64,000 nucleotides of DNA from a virus (IMGVR_UViG_3300025138_000035:622-64621); one strand, 5' to 3'. Positions 9,404 through 19,352 are shown, numbered from the stretch's first letter. Numbers and translations: made by a program. Notes: generated from the letters alone by a model not told the origin.

Positions 9404-11167
9404 TTATCTTCTAACTGATATTTCATTAATAATTTGTTCCATAATGTCCCCTCTTTCCTCATTATCGCCCATAACGGTTTCAAAGATATTTTTCTTTTGT
9501 GAGAGAATATCATAAATTATCCCTTCAATAGAGTTTTCAAATATTGGATAAAATACTGATACGTTAGAATTCTGACCATACCTATAAGCCCTGTCTTCAG
9601 CCTGAGAATGGTCCGAAGGGACAAAAGATAAATCATTCATAATGACCGCCTCCGCAGCTGTTAGTGTTATTCCAACACCCGCAGCTTTAAGATTACCCAC
9701 AAACACCCTTATTTTATCATTTTCTTGAAATTGGTCTACTGAGTGTTGTCTTGATATTTTATTCATCTTACCGTCTAACTTCACCGCTTTTTTACCGAAA
9801 TGGTCAGCAATCTGATTTAAGGTATTGGTGAAGTTAGTGAAAATTATTACTTTTTTACCTTGTTCGATAATGTTCTCAACTAATTCACAAGTTTCTTTAA
9901 TTTTACTTTCAGCTATTATCTGTCTTATTTTCATTAACATAGAAAACTGTACCGTTAATGATTTCTTTTCCCTATCGTCTTCCATCCAATCATAATATTC
10001 ACCCATTAGAGCAACATACTCTTTAGATTTTAAATTAAGGTAAACGGGGGTAATAATTTTATCAGGTAAATCTAAAATATCTTTTTTTAATCTTCTGAGT
10101 ACGTGAGTCTTAGTTCTATCTCTTAGTTCCGTAAGATTAGACGACCCGTTCACGTTCCAAACTCTACGGTTACCTACATTAAATTGATATCCTTCACAAT
10201 ATCTAATAACGTACGCCATCCAATTATATGCGACAGGCGACTCAACTAAATTTAATAAGTTATAATAATTTATTGGTCTTGATGTCATCGGCGTTCCTGT
10301 CAATAACCAAACCTTACCTATTGAGTTTATAATATCATTAATAAGTTTGGTTCTTTTAGCTTGAACATTCTGAATATAATGTGCCTCATCAACAACAACT
10401 AAATCAAACCCTTCTTGTAATATAATTGACTCTTCTTTGTTCTTAATATTGTGAAAGTTTTTTAATATGTCATAATTAATAATAACAAAATCCGCACTTT
10501 CCCATTTCTTACCTTCAACTATCGATATTGATTTTTCAGTGTAGTTTTGAATTTCACGTTTCCAATTAATTTTTAATGACGCTGGACAAACAATTAATAC
10601 TCTTTCTGCTCCCGATTCTAAAGCGGCAATTACTGTTGAGGTCGTCTTACCTAATCCCATATCGTCAGCTAAAATATATTTTTTATGACTAGCTAACTTT
10701 TCTATAGATTCGATTTGATGTTCTAGCGGAGGTCTATGTGAATACTTTTCATAATCAATTTCAACCTTCTCCGTTTCTTGTGATTTAATTAATGCGACAC
10801 GAGGTAACCAAAATGAATGTAATTTTTCATTTTCGAAGATTTTACCCCAAATATGAAAGGATTTATCTTTTTCAACTAAAAGTTTTTCTATGTAGACTTT
10901 TTCGGGAACTCTTGTGAGAAGTTTATCTTCCATCATTTTTTTACCAAAGTAACTATCTAAGTCGACCCACTTTCTAGCTATCTTGGGAATTAATCCGTTA
11001 TAGGAATTAATATAGTCCGCTTGAGCTCTAGTTAATTTAAAATGTTTTTGTTCTCTGAATTTTTTTTGAATGGATTGTATATAGTTATTGAACCCATCGT
11101 AATCCTCTAATATACGTTGCGCCCTAACTTCAGGTATCTTTGATAATTTATCTTTATTACTTTCCAT
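9404..11167 (-). CDS. SNF2-family (SMARCAL1/HARP-like) helicase
   Basis: LADDMGLGKT, DEAH, LTGTP, QAEDRAYRYGQ. Confidence 0.92.
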   Translation of the reverse strand: MESNKDKLSKIPEVRAQRILEDYDGFNNYIQSIQKKFREQKHFKLTRAQADYINSYNGLIPKIARKWVDLDSYFGKKMMEDKLLTRVPEKVYIEKLLVEKDKSFHIWGKIFENEKLHSFWLPRVALIKSQETEKVEIDYEKYSHRPPLEHQIESIEKLASHKKYILADDMGLGKTTSTVIAALESGAERVLIVCPASLKINWKREIQNYTEKSISIVEGKKWESADFVIINYDILKNFHNIKNKEESIILQEGFDLVVVDEAHYIQNVQAKRTKLINDIINSIGKVWLLTGTPMTSRPINYYNLLNLVESPVAYNWMAYVIRYCEGYQFNVGNRRVWNVNGSSNLTELRDRTKTHVLRRLKKDILDLPDKIITPVYLNLKSKEYVALMGEYYDWMEDDREKKSLTVQFSMLMKIRQIIAESKIKETCELVENIIEQGKKVIIFTNFTNTLNQIADHFGKKAVKLDGKMNKISRQHSVDQFQENDKIRVFVGNLKAAGVGITLTAAEAVIMNDLSFVPSDHSQAEDRAYRYGQNSNVSVFYPIFENSIEGIIYDILSQKKNIFETVMGDNEERGDIMEQIINEISVRR

Positions 11168-11181
11168 AATGTAATATTTAT

Positions 11182-11210
11182 AATATAACTATAAACTAAC
11201 TATTTATCAA
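11182..11210 (-). promoter_or_regulatory. Sigma70-type promoter for SNF2 helicase, overlapping a plus-strand late motif
   Basis: Minus strand TTGATA-N17-TATATT, 14 nt before the ATG at 11167. Confidence 0.5.
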
Positions 11211-11213
11211 TAT

Positions 11214-11729
11214 ATGAGTAATAGAAAGATACCAATAACGCGTTTAGAGAAGTTTTTCGGGTCCGAAGATTTTGGTTTGGAACAAAATATGGGTCGAGAG
11301 TGGCTTGAGGGTGATATGCACTTCACTCTTGTTTTATACAAAGTTGACCGACAAAAAACTAAAACTGATGACGTATACGGTGAGTCCTTAGAGGATGGGA
11401 TACAATTTTTACCGCCCGTTGAGTTTAAAGGTTATGTTACAATCGAATCTCCCGACAATCAAAATTACGCTAGTTCTAATTTATCTCAAATGGAGCCAGG
11501 AAACTTAAAGGTTAGTGTTTATCAGGATTCGTTAGATGAGTTAAATATTGATATCGATTATGGTGATTACTTAGGTTATTACGAAACTGAGGACCGAGTA
11601 AGATATTACTCTGTCGTAAACGATGGTCGAGTTGTTAGTGACAATAAACATACTTATGGAGGATTTAAACCTTTCTATCGAAGTATAATCGCAGCTCCCG
11701 TCAATGACGGAGAATTTAGAGGAATATGA
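11214..11729 (+). CDS. Neck/head-closure protein (gp14-like)
   Basis: PVEFKGYV...GNLKVSVY..L..LNIDIDYGDY...RYYSV pattern; precedes the terminator and sheath genes; TATTTAT at 11201-11207. Confidence 0.55.
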   Translation: MSNRKIPITRLEKFFGSEDFGLEQNMGREWLEGDMHFTLVLYKVDRQKTKTDDVYGESLEDGIQFLPPVEFKGYVTIESPDNQNYASSNLSQMEPGNLKVSVYQDSLDELNIDIDYGDYLGYYETEDRVRYYSVVNDGRVVSDNKHTYGGFKPFYRSIIAAPVNDGEFRGI

Positions 11730-12286
11730 AAAAATTAATAAAGGAAATAAGTTTAATTAAGAGTCGTATGTCACATATGTGTGAAGGTATTGAGGGTGAA
11801 AAAGTTGTGTGTGACGAATGTGGATGGTCTTGGGATTTAAGTGATGGTGGTCATGACCCATATATTTGTCATAAATGTGGTAACGATAATCAAGAGGTTA
11901 ACTATGTCGGTAAAAAAGTTATGGTGTATTATAACTTACATAAGCACACGTTTTCAGTATCATACAAAAATAAGATTGTTATGTATGCAGATTATGTTAA
12001 ATTGGAAAATGTTGAGTTTAGGGTTAGACAAGGCGGTAAAGAAAAAGTTAGGGATGAAATGAGAAAAAATGTTCATGCCTTTGTAATTGGAACTTTAGTG
12101 GATTTTTGTACGTTTCCATGTGAGAACTTACCTGAAGAGCCAAATGAAAATGTAATTACTTATAATCCGTATAAGTATGACTCATTTGTTAGAAAAGACG
12201 GTGAAAAACCAATCTATAACGCCAATGAGGTTGAGATGATTAACTCAAAAAATAAAGTTTTTTTTATCAGTGAAATCAAAGAATAA
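11726..12286 (+). CDS. Hypothetical protein: basic leader, Zn-ribbon (CDEC...CHKC) and a conserved phage domain (VYYNLH...KNVHAFV...YNPY)
   Basis: ORF track; 4-nt overlaps/coupling with neighbours. Confidence 0.65.
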   Translation: MKKLIKEISLIKSRMSHMCEGIEGEKVVCDECGWSWDLSDGGHDPYICHKCGNDNQEVNYVGKKVMVYYNLHKHTFSVSYKNKIVMYADYVKLENVEFRVRQGGKEKVRDEMRKNVHAFVIGTLVDFCTFPCENLPEEPNENVITYNPYKYDSFVRKDGEKPIYNANEVEMINSKNKVFFISEIKE

Positions 12287-13326
12287 TGGGACTACCTAAA
12301 AACGTAAAAAAACATTTACCTTTAACTCTACCTAAAACTCTACTTAAAAGAAGAGAAGAATTATTAGAGCAGATTGAGAAGGACGGAACGTACTTACCTA
12401 AATCCATTTTACATGCCGATTTAGATAGAGGTATGTTAGACTTCGTTAGAGATGAGTTAGGTATTTCAATAAACGGTAAAAATGTAAGTAATATTGATTT
12501 AATTATAACTACACAAAATTGGGCTCAATTTACAGAATCTTGGAATTTTCAAGATTTAGATAAAAATATTAAACCTCCGTTTGTTGCTACAGTTAGAAAT
12601 CCAGACGTTAAGTTTGGAACTAACCCCTCATTACAATACACCATACCAAATAGAAGACAGTTCTATTATGCCAAAGTACCAACATGGGATGGTCAAAGAA
12701 AGGGAATGGACATTTATAAAATACCACAACCCGTTCCCGTAGATATAACTTATAATGTTAAAATATTTTGTAATAGAATGCGAGAGTTAAATGACTTTAA
12801 TAAAAAAGTCTTACAAAAATTTTCATCTCGACAAGCGTACACTGAAATAAAAGGTCATTACATACCGATGATTTTAAATAGTTCATCTGATGAATCTGTT
12901 TTAGAACTTGAAAAAAGAAAATACTATGTACAAAGTTATGAATTTTTAATGATGGGGTTTCTATTGGATGAGGAAGAGTTTGAAGTGTCTCCTGCAATAT
13001 CAAGAACCGCAACTATATTTGAGGTCGATACTCTTAACACAGGTAGGAGAGTTGAAAAGTATCCTTCAAACCCAAGTGATTTTGATTTAGACATAATTTT
13101 TGTTAGTGGTATAGAATCTTTAACTGAAACTTATAGATATGAAATTGATTTAACAATATTAGAATCCACTAATGTCGACAGCTATTCTGTTTATATTAAT
13201 GGTAACTATATTGGTGATGATATTTCAACTATAAAAATATCCACTAACGATGAAATCAAAATTGATGTCGTTAAGATAGATATAGGTAAACAGTCGGTAT
13301 TAAAATCTAAAGCGAGACTTCTTTAA
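12286..13326 (+). CDS. Tail terminator/completion protein (gp15-like) with C-terminal extension
   Basis: Position between neck and sheath; PVDITYNVKIF...LNDFNKK pattern. Confidence 0.55.
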   Translation: MGLPKNVKKHLPLTLPKTLLKRREELLEQIEKDGTYLPKSILHADLDRGMLDFVRDELGISINGKNVSNIDLIITTQNWAQFTESWNFQDLDKNIKPPFVATVRNPDVKFGTNPSLQYTIPNRRQFYYAKVPTWDGQRKGMDIYKIPQPVPVDITYNVKIFCNRMRELNDFNKKVLQKFSSRQAYTEIKGHYIPMILNSSSDESVLELEKRKYYVQSYEFLMMGFLLDEEEFEVSPAISRTATIFEVDTLNTGRRVEKYPSNPSDFDLDIIFVSGIESLTETYRYEIDLTILESTNVDSYSVYINGNYIGDDISTIKISTNDEIKIDVVKIDIGKQSVLKSKARLL

Positions 13327-13476
13327 TTATTCTCCGTAGATATCTTTAACTTCTTTACAATTATCTTCAATTAATTTTTCTAAGAATTTATAAATCTTTA
13401 AACCGTGTTTTTCACAGTATATTTTTAAAGTCATATGTGACTCAGGTGAAATTTTTATGTTTTTTATTTTAGCCAT
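13327..13476 (-). CDS. 49-aa ribbon-helix-helix-like DNA-binding protein (not in ORF track)
   Basis: Manual translation MAKIKNIKISPESHMTLKIYCEKHGLKIYKFLEKLIEDNCKEVKDIYGE*; TATTTATA on minus strand at 13526-13533. Confidence 0.65.
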   Translation of the reverse strand: MAKIKNIKISPESHMTLKIYCEKHGLKIYKFLEKLIEDNCKEVKDIYGE

Positions 13477-13611
13477 AGGTGTTTTTTTAAAATGTAGAAA
13501 AAAGGTAGAACTTTTTCATACTCTTTATAAATATACTCTTATCTTATTAGTTTTTTCATCTTTTTGCTAATATTTATCAATAAATAAAAACTTAAAGAAA
13601 AAAATTACACA

Positions 13612-16600
13612 ATGGCAACATCTAACAAAGTATTTGTATCTCCGGGTGTTTATACATCAGAAAGAGATTTAAGTTTTGTGGCACAAAGTGTAGGAGTCAC
13701 AACTTTAGGGTTAGTAGGTGAAACAATTTCGGGACCAGCATTCGAGCCGATTTTCATAACTAACTTTGACGAGTTTCAATCCTATTTCGGTGGTACAAAT
13801 CCAACTAAATTCGTAAATACTCAGATACCTAAGTATGAGGCGGCTTACATAGCTAAATCATATCTACAACAATCAAATCAATTGTTTGTTACTAGAGTAC
13901 TTGGTCTATCAGGGTATGACGCAGGACCTTCATGGTCAATAACAACTATCGGTAACTTAGATAGTTCAGGAACAACCGCTACGGGGGTACTTGGAGCATT
14001 TAATATTACATTCACCGGAGTTTCAGGAACATCAACAAGTGTTGAAGTGACAAATTACAGTTCACTTCCAGCTTCAATTCAAGGTGTGATAACAAATCCA
14101 TATACTACGTATACTGGTGGTCAATCATCAATCCTTTCAGATATGGAAGGTTATTTCTATTCAGAAATAGTAAACAACGCAACTTCAGGTCAAACATCTT
14201 ATTTTTGGGGAGCGGTGAGTGCTTCTACATTTGACAGTACTACAGCTTCAACGGCTAATCAAACGGGTGCACTTGCAGCAATTAACACTAACGTTTTAAG
14301 TGTTGAGGATATTCGTTTTGAAAGTATAGACTTGACGGACTCAGTAAATGACCCATGGTATTATGCATTATTTACTGAATCTAATGACGTTTATAACGGT
14401 ACTGGGTTTGGTTTAGGTTTAACGACTATGAATAATGTTGGTTTATCTTTCACAGGTACCGCGGCGGTTTTTGTAACTAATTATAGTGGTACACCATATA
14501 ATGATTATCATGATGTGGTAGTAGCTACTTTACGTTCACGAGGTATTGACACATATACTACTGATGACGGACCAGTATATGAGGTTTCAGGAACAACTGA
14601 CGCAATAATAGACTGTTCAGGGGCTTATTCTGGAATATCCACTAACCCTTTTGATACTTTTGCGATTTCAGCGACAACTGCGGATGGGGATAACTTCTTT
14701 TTCCAAACTTCATTTAATATATCTAATTCAAATTACTTATCAAAAGTATTTGGTAAATCTAATTTTGCTAAACCAAAATCTGAAGTACCTTTATTTGTAG
14801 AAGAAGAATATTATAACTTATTAAACACGGGATATCGATTAGGTCGAGTTCGTGGGTTAAATTGTGAATTCGTTGATTTACCAAGTGCAAGACAAGATTT
14901 AGGTACTAACACTAGTATTGGATGGTATTTAGAACAATATCAAACACCTGAAACACCCTACTTTGTTTCGGAACTAAGAGGTAATCAAGTTTATAACATG
15001 TTTAAAGTATTAACTATTTCTGATGGTAATTCGGCAAACAGAGAGGTAAAAGTATCTATCATGAACATTTCATTTAATAATGGAACGTTTGATGTTGTAG
15101 TACGTGACTTCTTCGATACGGATGCTAATCCTGTAGTTTTAGAGAAATTTACTAACTGTACAATGGATATGAATCAAAATAGTTTTGTAGCTAAGAAGAT
15201 TGGTACTTCTAATGGAGAGTTTGAATTAAGGTCTAGATTTATAATGTTAGAAATGAATGAAGATGCACCTATGGATTCACTACCTTGTGGATTTAGAGGA
15301 TATCAAACAAGACAGTTCTCAGGAGTTAAATCACCATTCTTAGAATATAAAACAAAATACGACACACCAGGTGAAGTTATTTGGAACCCACCATTTGGTG
15401 CGGCTTCGGGTACAGATAATGAAACAAGAAGTTCGGGTGACAGAGTCAGAAGAACTTTCTTAGGTGTTTCTAACACTGCAGGTATAGATGCGGATTTCTT
15501 ATCATATAAAGGAAAACAAAACCCAACAAACTTAGCTACCGCGACGGATTCACAACCATGGGCTTACCTTACTAAAGGTTACCATATGGATTCAGGAGCG
15601 ACTGTTATTACTATTTCTTCTAATTATACTACATCAGGTGAAACCGCTTTTGAGGTTGGTGATGCTAGTTTTGATTCGGAACCAGTTGAAGGTAGTCCAT
15701 ATTTTAGATTAAATTCACGTAAGTTCACTGTCGTTCCATCAGGAGGTTTTGACGGATGGGATATATATCGAGAATATAGAACAAATGGTGATAGATACCA
15801 ATTAGGTGCGGCTGGTTTTAGAAAAGGTGCGGCACCATCAATAACTTACCCAACGGCAACAGGATGGGGGGCATTTAAACAAATTGTTGGACCAGACAAA
15901 TTAACTTGGGCTAATACTGATTATTATGCTTACTTATGGGGTCAATATACTTTTAACAATCCTGAAGCGGTTAACATTAATGTGTTTAGTACACCAGGTA
16001 TTGATTACGTAAATAATTCAAACTTAGTTGAGTCGGCGATTGATATGATTGAACAAGACAGAGCGGATTCTATTTATATATGTACTACACCTGATTATCA
16101 AATGTTTACACCTTCTTTAGGTAGTTTTGATACAGACTTTATTTACCCTGAAGAAGCGGTAGATAATTTAGTTGATACAGGAATTGATTCCAACTATACG
16201 GCAACCTATTACCCGTGGATACTTACAAGAGACACGGTTAATAATACCCAAATTTATCTTCCACCAACAGGTGAAGTTATTAGAAACTTAGCGTTAACGG
16301 ATAACATAGCATTCCCATGGTTCGCATCTGCGGGTTACACAAGAGGTTTAGTTAATTCAGTTAAAGCACGTAAAAAGTTAACACAAGAAGATAGAGATAC
16401 ACTATACCAAGGTAGATTAAACCCAATTGCAACCTTCTCTGATGTTGGTACTGTTATTTGGGGGAACAAAACTTTACAAATTAAAGAATCTGCACTTGAT
16501 AGAATAAACGTTAGAAGATTACTACTACAGGCACGTAAATTAATTTCGGCAGTGGCAGTGAGATTATTGTTCGAACAAAATGACGAACAAGTAAGACAAG

Positions 16601-16809
16601 AATTCTTAGACTCAGTTAACCCTATCTTAGATAGTATTAGAAGAGACAGAGGTTTAATTGACTTTAGAGTTACAGTTTCAGGAACACCTGAAGATTTAGA
16701 CTCTAATACGTTAACAGGTAAAATATACTTGAAACCGACAAGAGCACTTGAATTTATTGATATTGAATTTTTGATAACTCCTACAGGAGCATCTTTTGAA
16801 GATATTTAA
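13612..16809 (+). CDS. Contractile tail sheath protein
   Basis: N-terminal VSPGVYTSERDLS; C-terminal WFASAG..RG, LNPIATF, IWGNKTLQ, LDRINVRRLL, LFEQND. Confidence 0.95.
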   Translation: MATSNKVFVSPGVYTSERDLSFVAQSVGVTTLGLVGETISGPAFEPIFITNFDEFQSYFGGTNPTKFVNTQIPKYEAAYIAKSYLQQSNQLFVTRVLGLSGYDAGPSWSITTIGNLDSSGTTATGVLGAFNITFTGVSGTSTSVEVTNYSSLPASIQGVITNPYTTYTGGQSSILSDMEGYFYSEIVNNATSGQTSYFWGAVSASTFDSTTASTANQTGALAAINTNVLSVEDIRFESIDLTDSVNDPWYYALFTESNDVYNGTGFGLGLTTMNNVGLSFTGTAAVFVTNYSGTPYNDYHDVVVATLRSRGIDTYTTDDGPVYEVSGTTDAIIDCSGAYSGISTNPFDTFAISATTADGDNFFFQTSFNISNSNYLSKVFGKSNFAKPKSEVPLFVEEEYYNLLNTGYRLGRVRGLNCEFVDLPSARQDLGTNTSIGWYLEQYQTPETPYFVSELRGNQVYNMFKVLTISDGNSANREVKVSIMNISFNNGTFDVVVRDFFDTDANPVVLEKFTNCTMDMNQNSFVAKKIGTSNGEFELRSRFIMLEMNEDAPMDSLPCGFRGYQTRQFSGVKSPFLEYKTKYDTPGEVIWNPPFGAASGTDNETRSSGDRVRRTFLGVSNTAGIDADFLSYKGKQNPTNLATATDSQPWAYLTKGYHMDSGATVITISSNYTTSGETAFEVGDASFDSEPVEGSPYFRLNSRKFTVVPSGGFDGWDIYREYRTNGDRYQLGAAGFRKGAAPSITYPTATGWGAFKQIVGPDKLTWANTDYYAYLWGQYTFNNPEAVNINVFSTPGIDYVNNSNLVESAIDMIEQDRADSIYICTTPDYQMFTPSLGSFDTDFIYPEEAVDNLVDTGIDSNYTATYYPWILTRDTVNNTQIYLPPTGEVIRNLALTDNIAFPWFASAGYTRGLVNSVKARKKLTQEDRDTLYQGRLNPIATFSDVGTVIWGNKTLQIKESALDRINVRRLLLQARKLISAVAVRLLFEQNDEQVRQEFLDSVNPILDSIRRDRGLIDFRVTVSGTPEDLDSNTLTGKIYLKPTRALEFIDIEFLITPTGASFEDI

Positions 16810-16831
16810 TAACTAACTATATTTATAATAA

Positions 16832-16856
16832 GGAGGAGGGTTAATTCCCTCCTCTT
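16832..16856 (+). other. GC-rich RNA hairpin after the sheath gene
   Basis: gaggaggg-ttaatt-ccctcctc; no good U-tract on +, so a stabiliser/processing site or weak terminator. Confidence 0.5.
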
Positions 16857-16885
16857 AGCCAATTAAAAGTTTAAACAAAAATAAA

Positions 16886-17032
16886 ATGGAATTTAACAAA
16901 AAAACACTTAACGAATCGTTAAACGTAAAGTCTAACGGAAAAAAGTCTTTTTCTAAAAAACCTCAAAACATTGTTATATCTGAGACACAATTAGAAAGAC
17001 TAATGGTAAAAATCAATAAAAAAACGAAGTAA
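16886..17032 (+). CDS. 48-aa basic micro-protein (not in ORF track)
   Basis: MEFNKKTLNESLNVKSNGKKSFSKKPQNIVISETQLERLMVKINKKTK*; A-rich start context; TATTTATA at 16820-16827; 2 nt before the next ATG. Confidence 0.6.
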   Translation: MEFNKKTLNESLNVKSNGKKSFSKKPQNIVISETQLERLMVKINKKTK

Positions 17033-17034
17033 TA

Positions 17035-17886
17035 ATGAGTTTAAAGAAGGTCATTAGAGAATTTTATCACGAAAAAAAATTACAGGAAGGATTTGACCCT
17101 GAAGGTAACCCCGATTTGAAGTATTATGCTTTTGATTGGGACGATAATATTGCTACTATGCCAACACAGATTATACTTTTGTCTGATGAAGACGAAGAGG
17201 TCGGTATGTCAACGGAAGATTTTGCAGACTATAGAGGTATGATTGGTAAAGAACCTTTTGAATATAAAAGTAAAATGATTGTGGGGTATGCCGATGACCC
17301 TTATAGAAATTTCGGTGTTAGAGGTGACAATGCCTTTATAGTCGATTCCCTATTAGCGAAACCAGGACCATCGTGGAATGATTTTGTTGAAGCAATAAAT
17401 GGGGGGTCAATTTTTTCAATAATCACTGCAAGAGGACATACACCATCGGTATTACGTGAAGCGATTTATAATATGATTGTGACTAACCATAACGGTATTA
17501 GTAAGGAGTCTTTAATTGACAATCTTAAAAAATATCGTAATATGACGGGTGATGAAGAAAAAGATTCGTCAATAATGATTAACGACTATTTAGATTTAAA
17601 TAAGTACCATCCTGTTACATATGGTGAAGGGAATGCTGCGGACCCTGAAGAGGGTAAAATTAAAGCATTAAGGAGTTTCATTACATATGTTAAAGAAATG
17701 AGTGAGAGGATTGGTAAAAAAGCCTTTCTTAAAAATGATATAAAAAATAATTTTGTACCAATGATTGGGTTTTCTGACGATGACCCAGGCAACGTAGAAA
17801 AGATTAAAGCATTTTTAGATAAAGAATATAAAGATAAACCAGTTAAAACGTATTTAACTAAAGGAGGAGATAAAAAAGAAGTATAA
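17035..17886 (+). CDS. HAD-superfamily phosphatase/nucleotidase with basic leader
   Basis: Motif I AFDWDDNI, motif II ITARGH, motif IV GFSDDD. Confidence 0.75.
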   Translation: MSLKKVIREFYHEKKLQEGFDPEGNPDLKYYAFDWDDNIATMPTQIILLSDEDEEVGMSTEDFADYRGMIGKEPFEYKSKMIVGYADDPYRNFGVRGDNAFIVDSLLAKPGPSWNDFVEAINGGSIFSIITARGHTPSVLREAIYNMIVTNHNGISKESLIDNLKKYRNMTGDEEKDSSIMINDYLDLNKYHPVTYGEGNAADPEEGKIKALRSFITYVKEMSERIGKKAFLKNDIKNNFVPMIGFSDDDPGNVEKIKAFLDKEYKDKPVKTYLTKGGDKKEV

Positions 17887-18006
17887 TTATTATTATATTT
17901 TATTTGCTCTAGTAGATTACTGAAAAAAAAATAAAAGTAAATAGAAAAACTTTTAAACTGGATATTTATAATTAAATAAACTAAAGAAATATAAAACCAA
18001 AATACA

Positions 18007-18495
18007 ATGGCAGACTTATTAATGAAAATGCCCGTTCCCTATGAACCAAAAAGGAAGAATCGATTTATACTATCGTTTCCATCATCATTGGGTATTAATT
18101 CTTGGTATGTTGAGTCTACGTCAAGACCTAACATCCAAATCGGGTCAACAGAGATTCCTTTTTTAAACACCTCTACATATGTAGCGGGTAGATTCGTGTG
18201 GAACACGATAAACGTTACATTCCGTGACCCAATTGGACCATCAGCTTCACAAGCGTTAATGGAATGGGTTAGATTACATTCGGAGTCCGTAACAGGACGT
18301 ATGGGGTATGCTGCGGGTTATAAGAAAGATTTAGACTTAGAGATGTTAGACCCAACAGGTGTAGCAGTCGAAAAATGGATTCTACAAGGAACATTTTTAA
18401 CTGATGTTAATTTCGATAGTTTAGGATATAGTGATGACGCGTTAGCGACAATTACGGCGACATTACGTCCTGATAGATGTATTTTGGTATACTAA
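18007..18495 (+). CDS. Tail tube protein (gp19-like)
   Basis: YEPKRKNRF...RP...W..INVTFRDPI...LMEW...GYKKD..L.MLDPTG...EKW.L.G; TATTTATA at 17963-17970. Confidence 0.9.
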   Translation: MADLLMKMPVPYEPKRKNRFILSFPSSLGINSWYVESTSRPNIQIGSTEIPFLNTSTYVAGRFVWNTINVTFRDPIGPSASQALMEWVRLHSESVTGRMGYAAGYKKDLDLEMLDPTGVAVEKWILQGTFLTDVNFDSLGYSDDALATITATLRPDRCILVY

Positions 18496-18508
18496 TATAA
18501 AACAAGTA

Positions 18509-18536
18509 TTGATAATAAACCAATCAATTGTATATT
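18509..18536 (+). promoter_or_regulatory. Possible sigma70-type promoter
   Basis: TTGATA-N16-TATATT immediately before the terminator hairpin. Confidence 0.3.
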
Positions 18537-18537
18537 T

Positions 18538-18573
18538 AAAACCATAGAGGTCATTGTACTTCTATGGTTTTTT
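18538..18573 (+). terminator. Intrinsic terminator after the tail tube gene
   Basis: 11-bp stem aaaaccataga/tctatggtttt followed by a T-run. Confidence 0.75.
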
Positions 18574-18589
18574 ATTTAAATTAACTATT

Positions 18590-19339
18590 ATGGACCAAGG
18601 AAAACAATACGGACAAGCAAATATGAACTTACCACACGATGTGGTACCATTACCATCGCAAGGTACTTTTTACACTAATAAGAAAAAATCACTTAAAGTC
18701 GGTTATTTAACTGCACAAGATGAGAACTTATTATTATCTAATTCAGGAAGTAAGAACTTAGTGATGACATTACTAAAAAATAAAATTTACGAACCTGATT
18801 TTAATGTTAACGAATTATTAGATGGAGATGCGGAGGCGGTATTAATATTCTTAAGAAATACTGCGTTTGGTTCTGACTATAACTTTGTATTAAAAGACCC
18901 AAAAACAGGTAAAGATTTTGAATCTAAAATTGCTTTAGATGAATTAAATATTGTAAAAGCTAAAATAAAACCTAATGAAAAAGGTTTATTTGAATTTAAT
19001 TTACCAAAAACAAGTGTCAATGTTGTGTGTCGACTTTTAAATATTCAAGACACTAATGAATTATCTGAATTACCTGATTTATACCCTAACGGAGTAACTG
19101 TACCAATTGTTACTAAACGGTTAGAAAAATTAATCGTCTCTATAGATGGAGATGAGAACAGAGAAAAAATATCAACCTTTATAAGTACGCTACCTATTAT
19201 GGATTCAAAATTTATTAGAAACACAATGAAAGATTGTGAACCTAAGTTGGACCTTAATAGAACTACTACAGCCCCGTCAGGAGAAAAAGTGAATATGCGT
19301 ATCACTTTTGGGGCGGAGTTTTTTCGTCCTTTCTTCTAA
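18590..19339 (+). CDS. Baseplate hub/tail assembly chaperone (T4 gp26-like)
   Basis: VPLPSQG.FY, YLTAQDENLL, LL.GD..AVLIFLRNTAFG; the ATG at 18590 is preferred over the TTG at 18554, which lies inside the terminator. Confidence 0.7.
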   Translation: MDQGKQYGQANMNLPHDVVPLPSQGTFYTNKKKSLKVGYLTAQDENLLLSNSGSKNLVMTLLKNKIYEPDFNVNELLDGDAEAVLIFLRNTAFGSDYNFVLKDPKTGKDFESKIALDELNIVKAKIKPNEKGLFEFNLPKTSVNVVCRLLNIQDTNELSELPDLYPNGVTVPIVTKRLEKLIVSIDGDENREKISTFISTLPIMDSKFIRNTMKDCEPKLDLNRTTTAPSGEKVNMRITFGAEFFRPFF

Positions 19340-19352
19340 CTATAGGAAAATT

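Noticed and set aside
18554-18589. TTG start and N-terminal extension MYFYGFLFKLTI in the ORF track
   Set aside because: Lies within the terminator hairpin; ATG 18590 has a typical A/T-rich context
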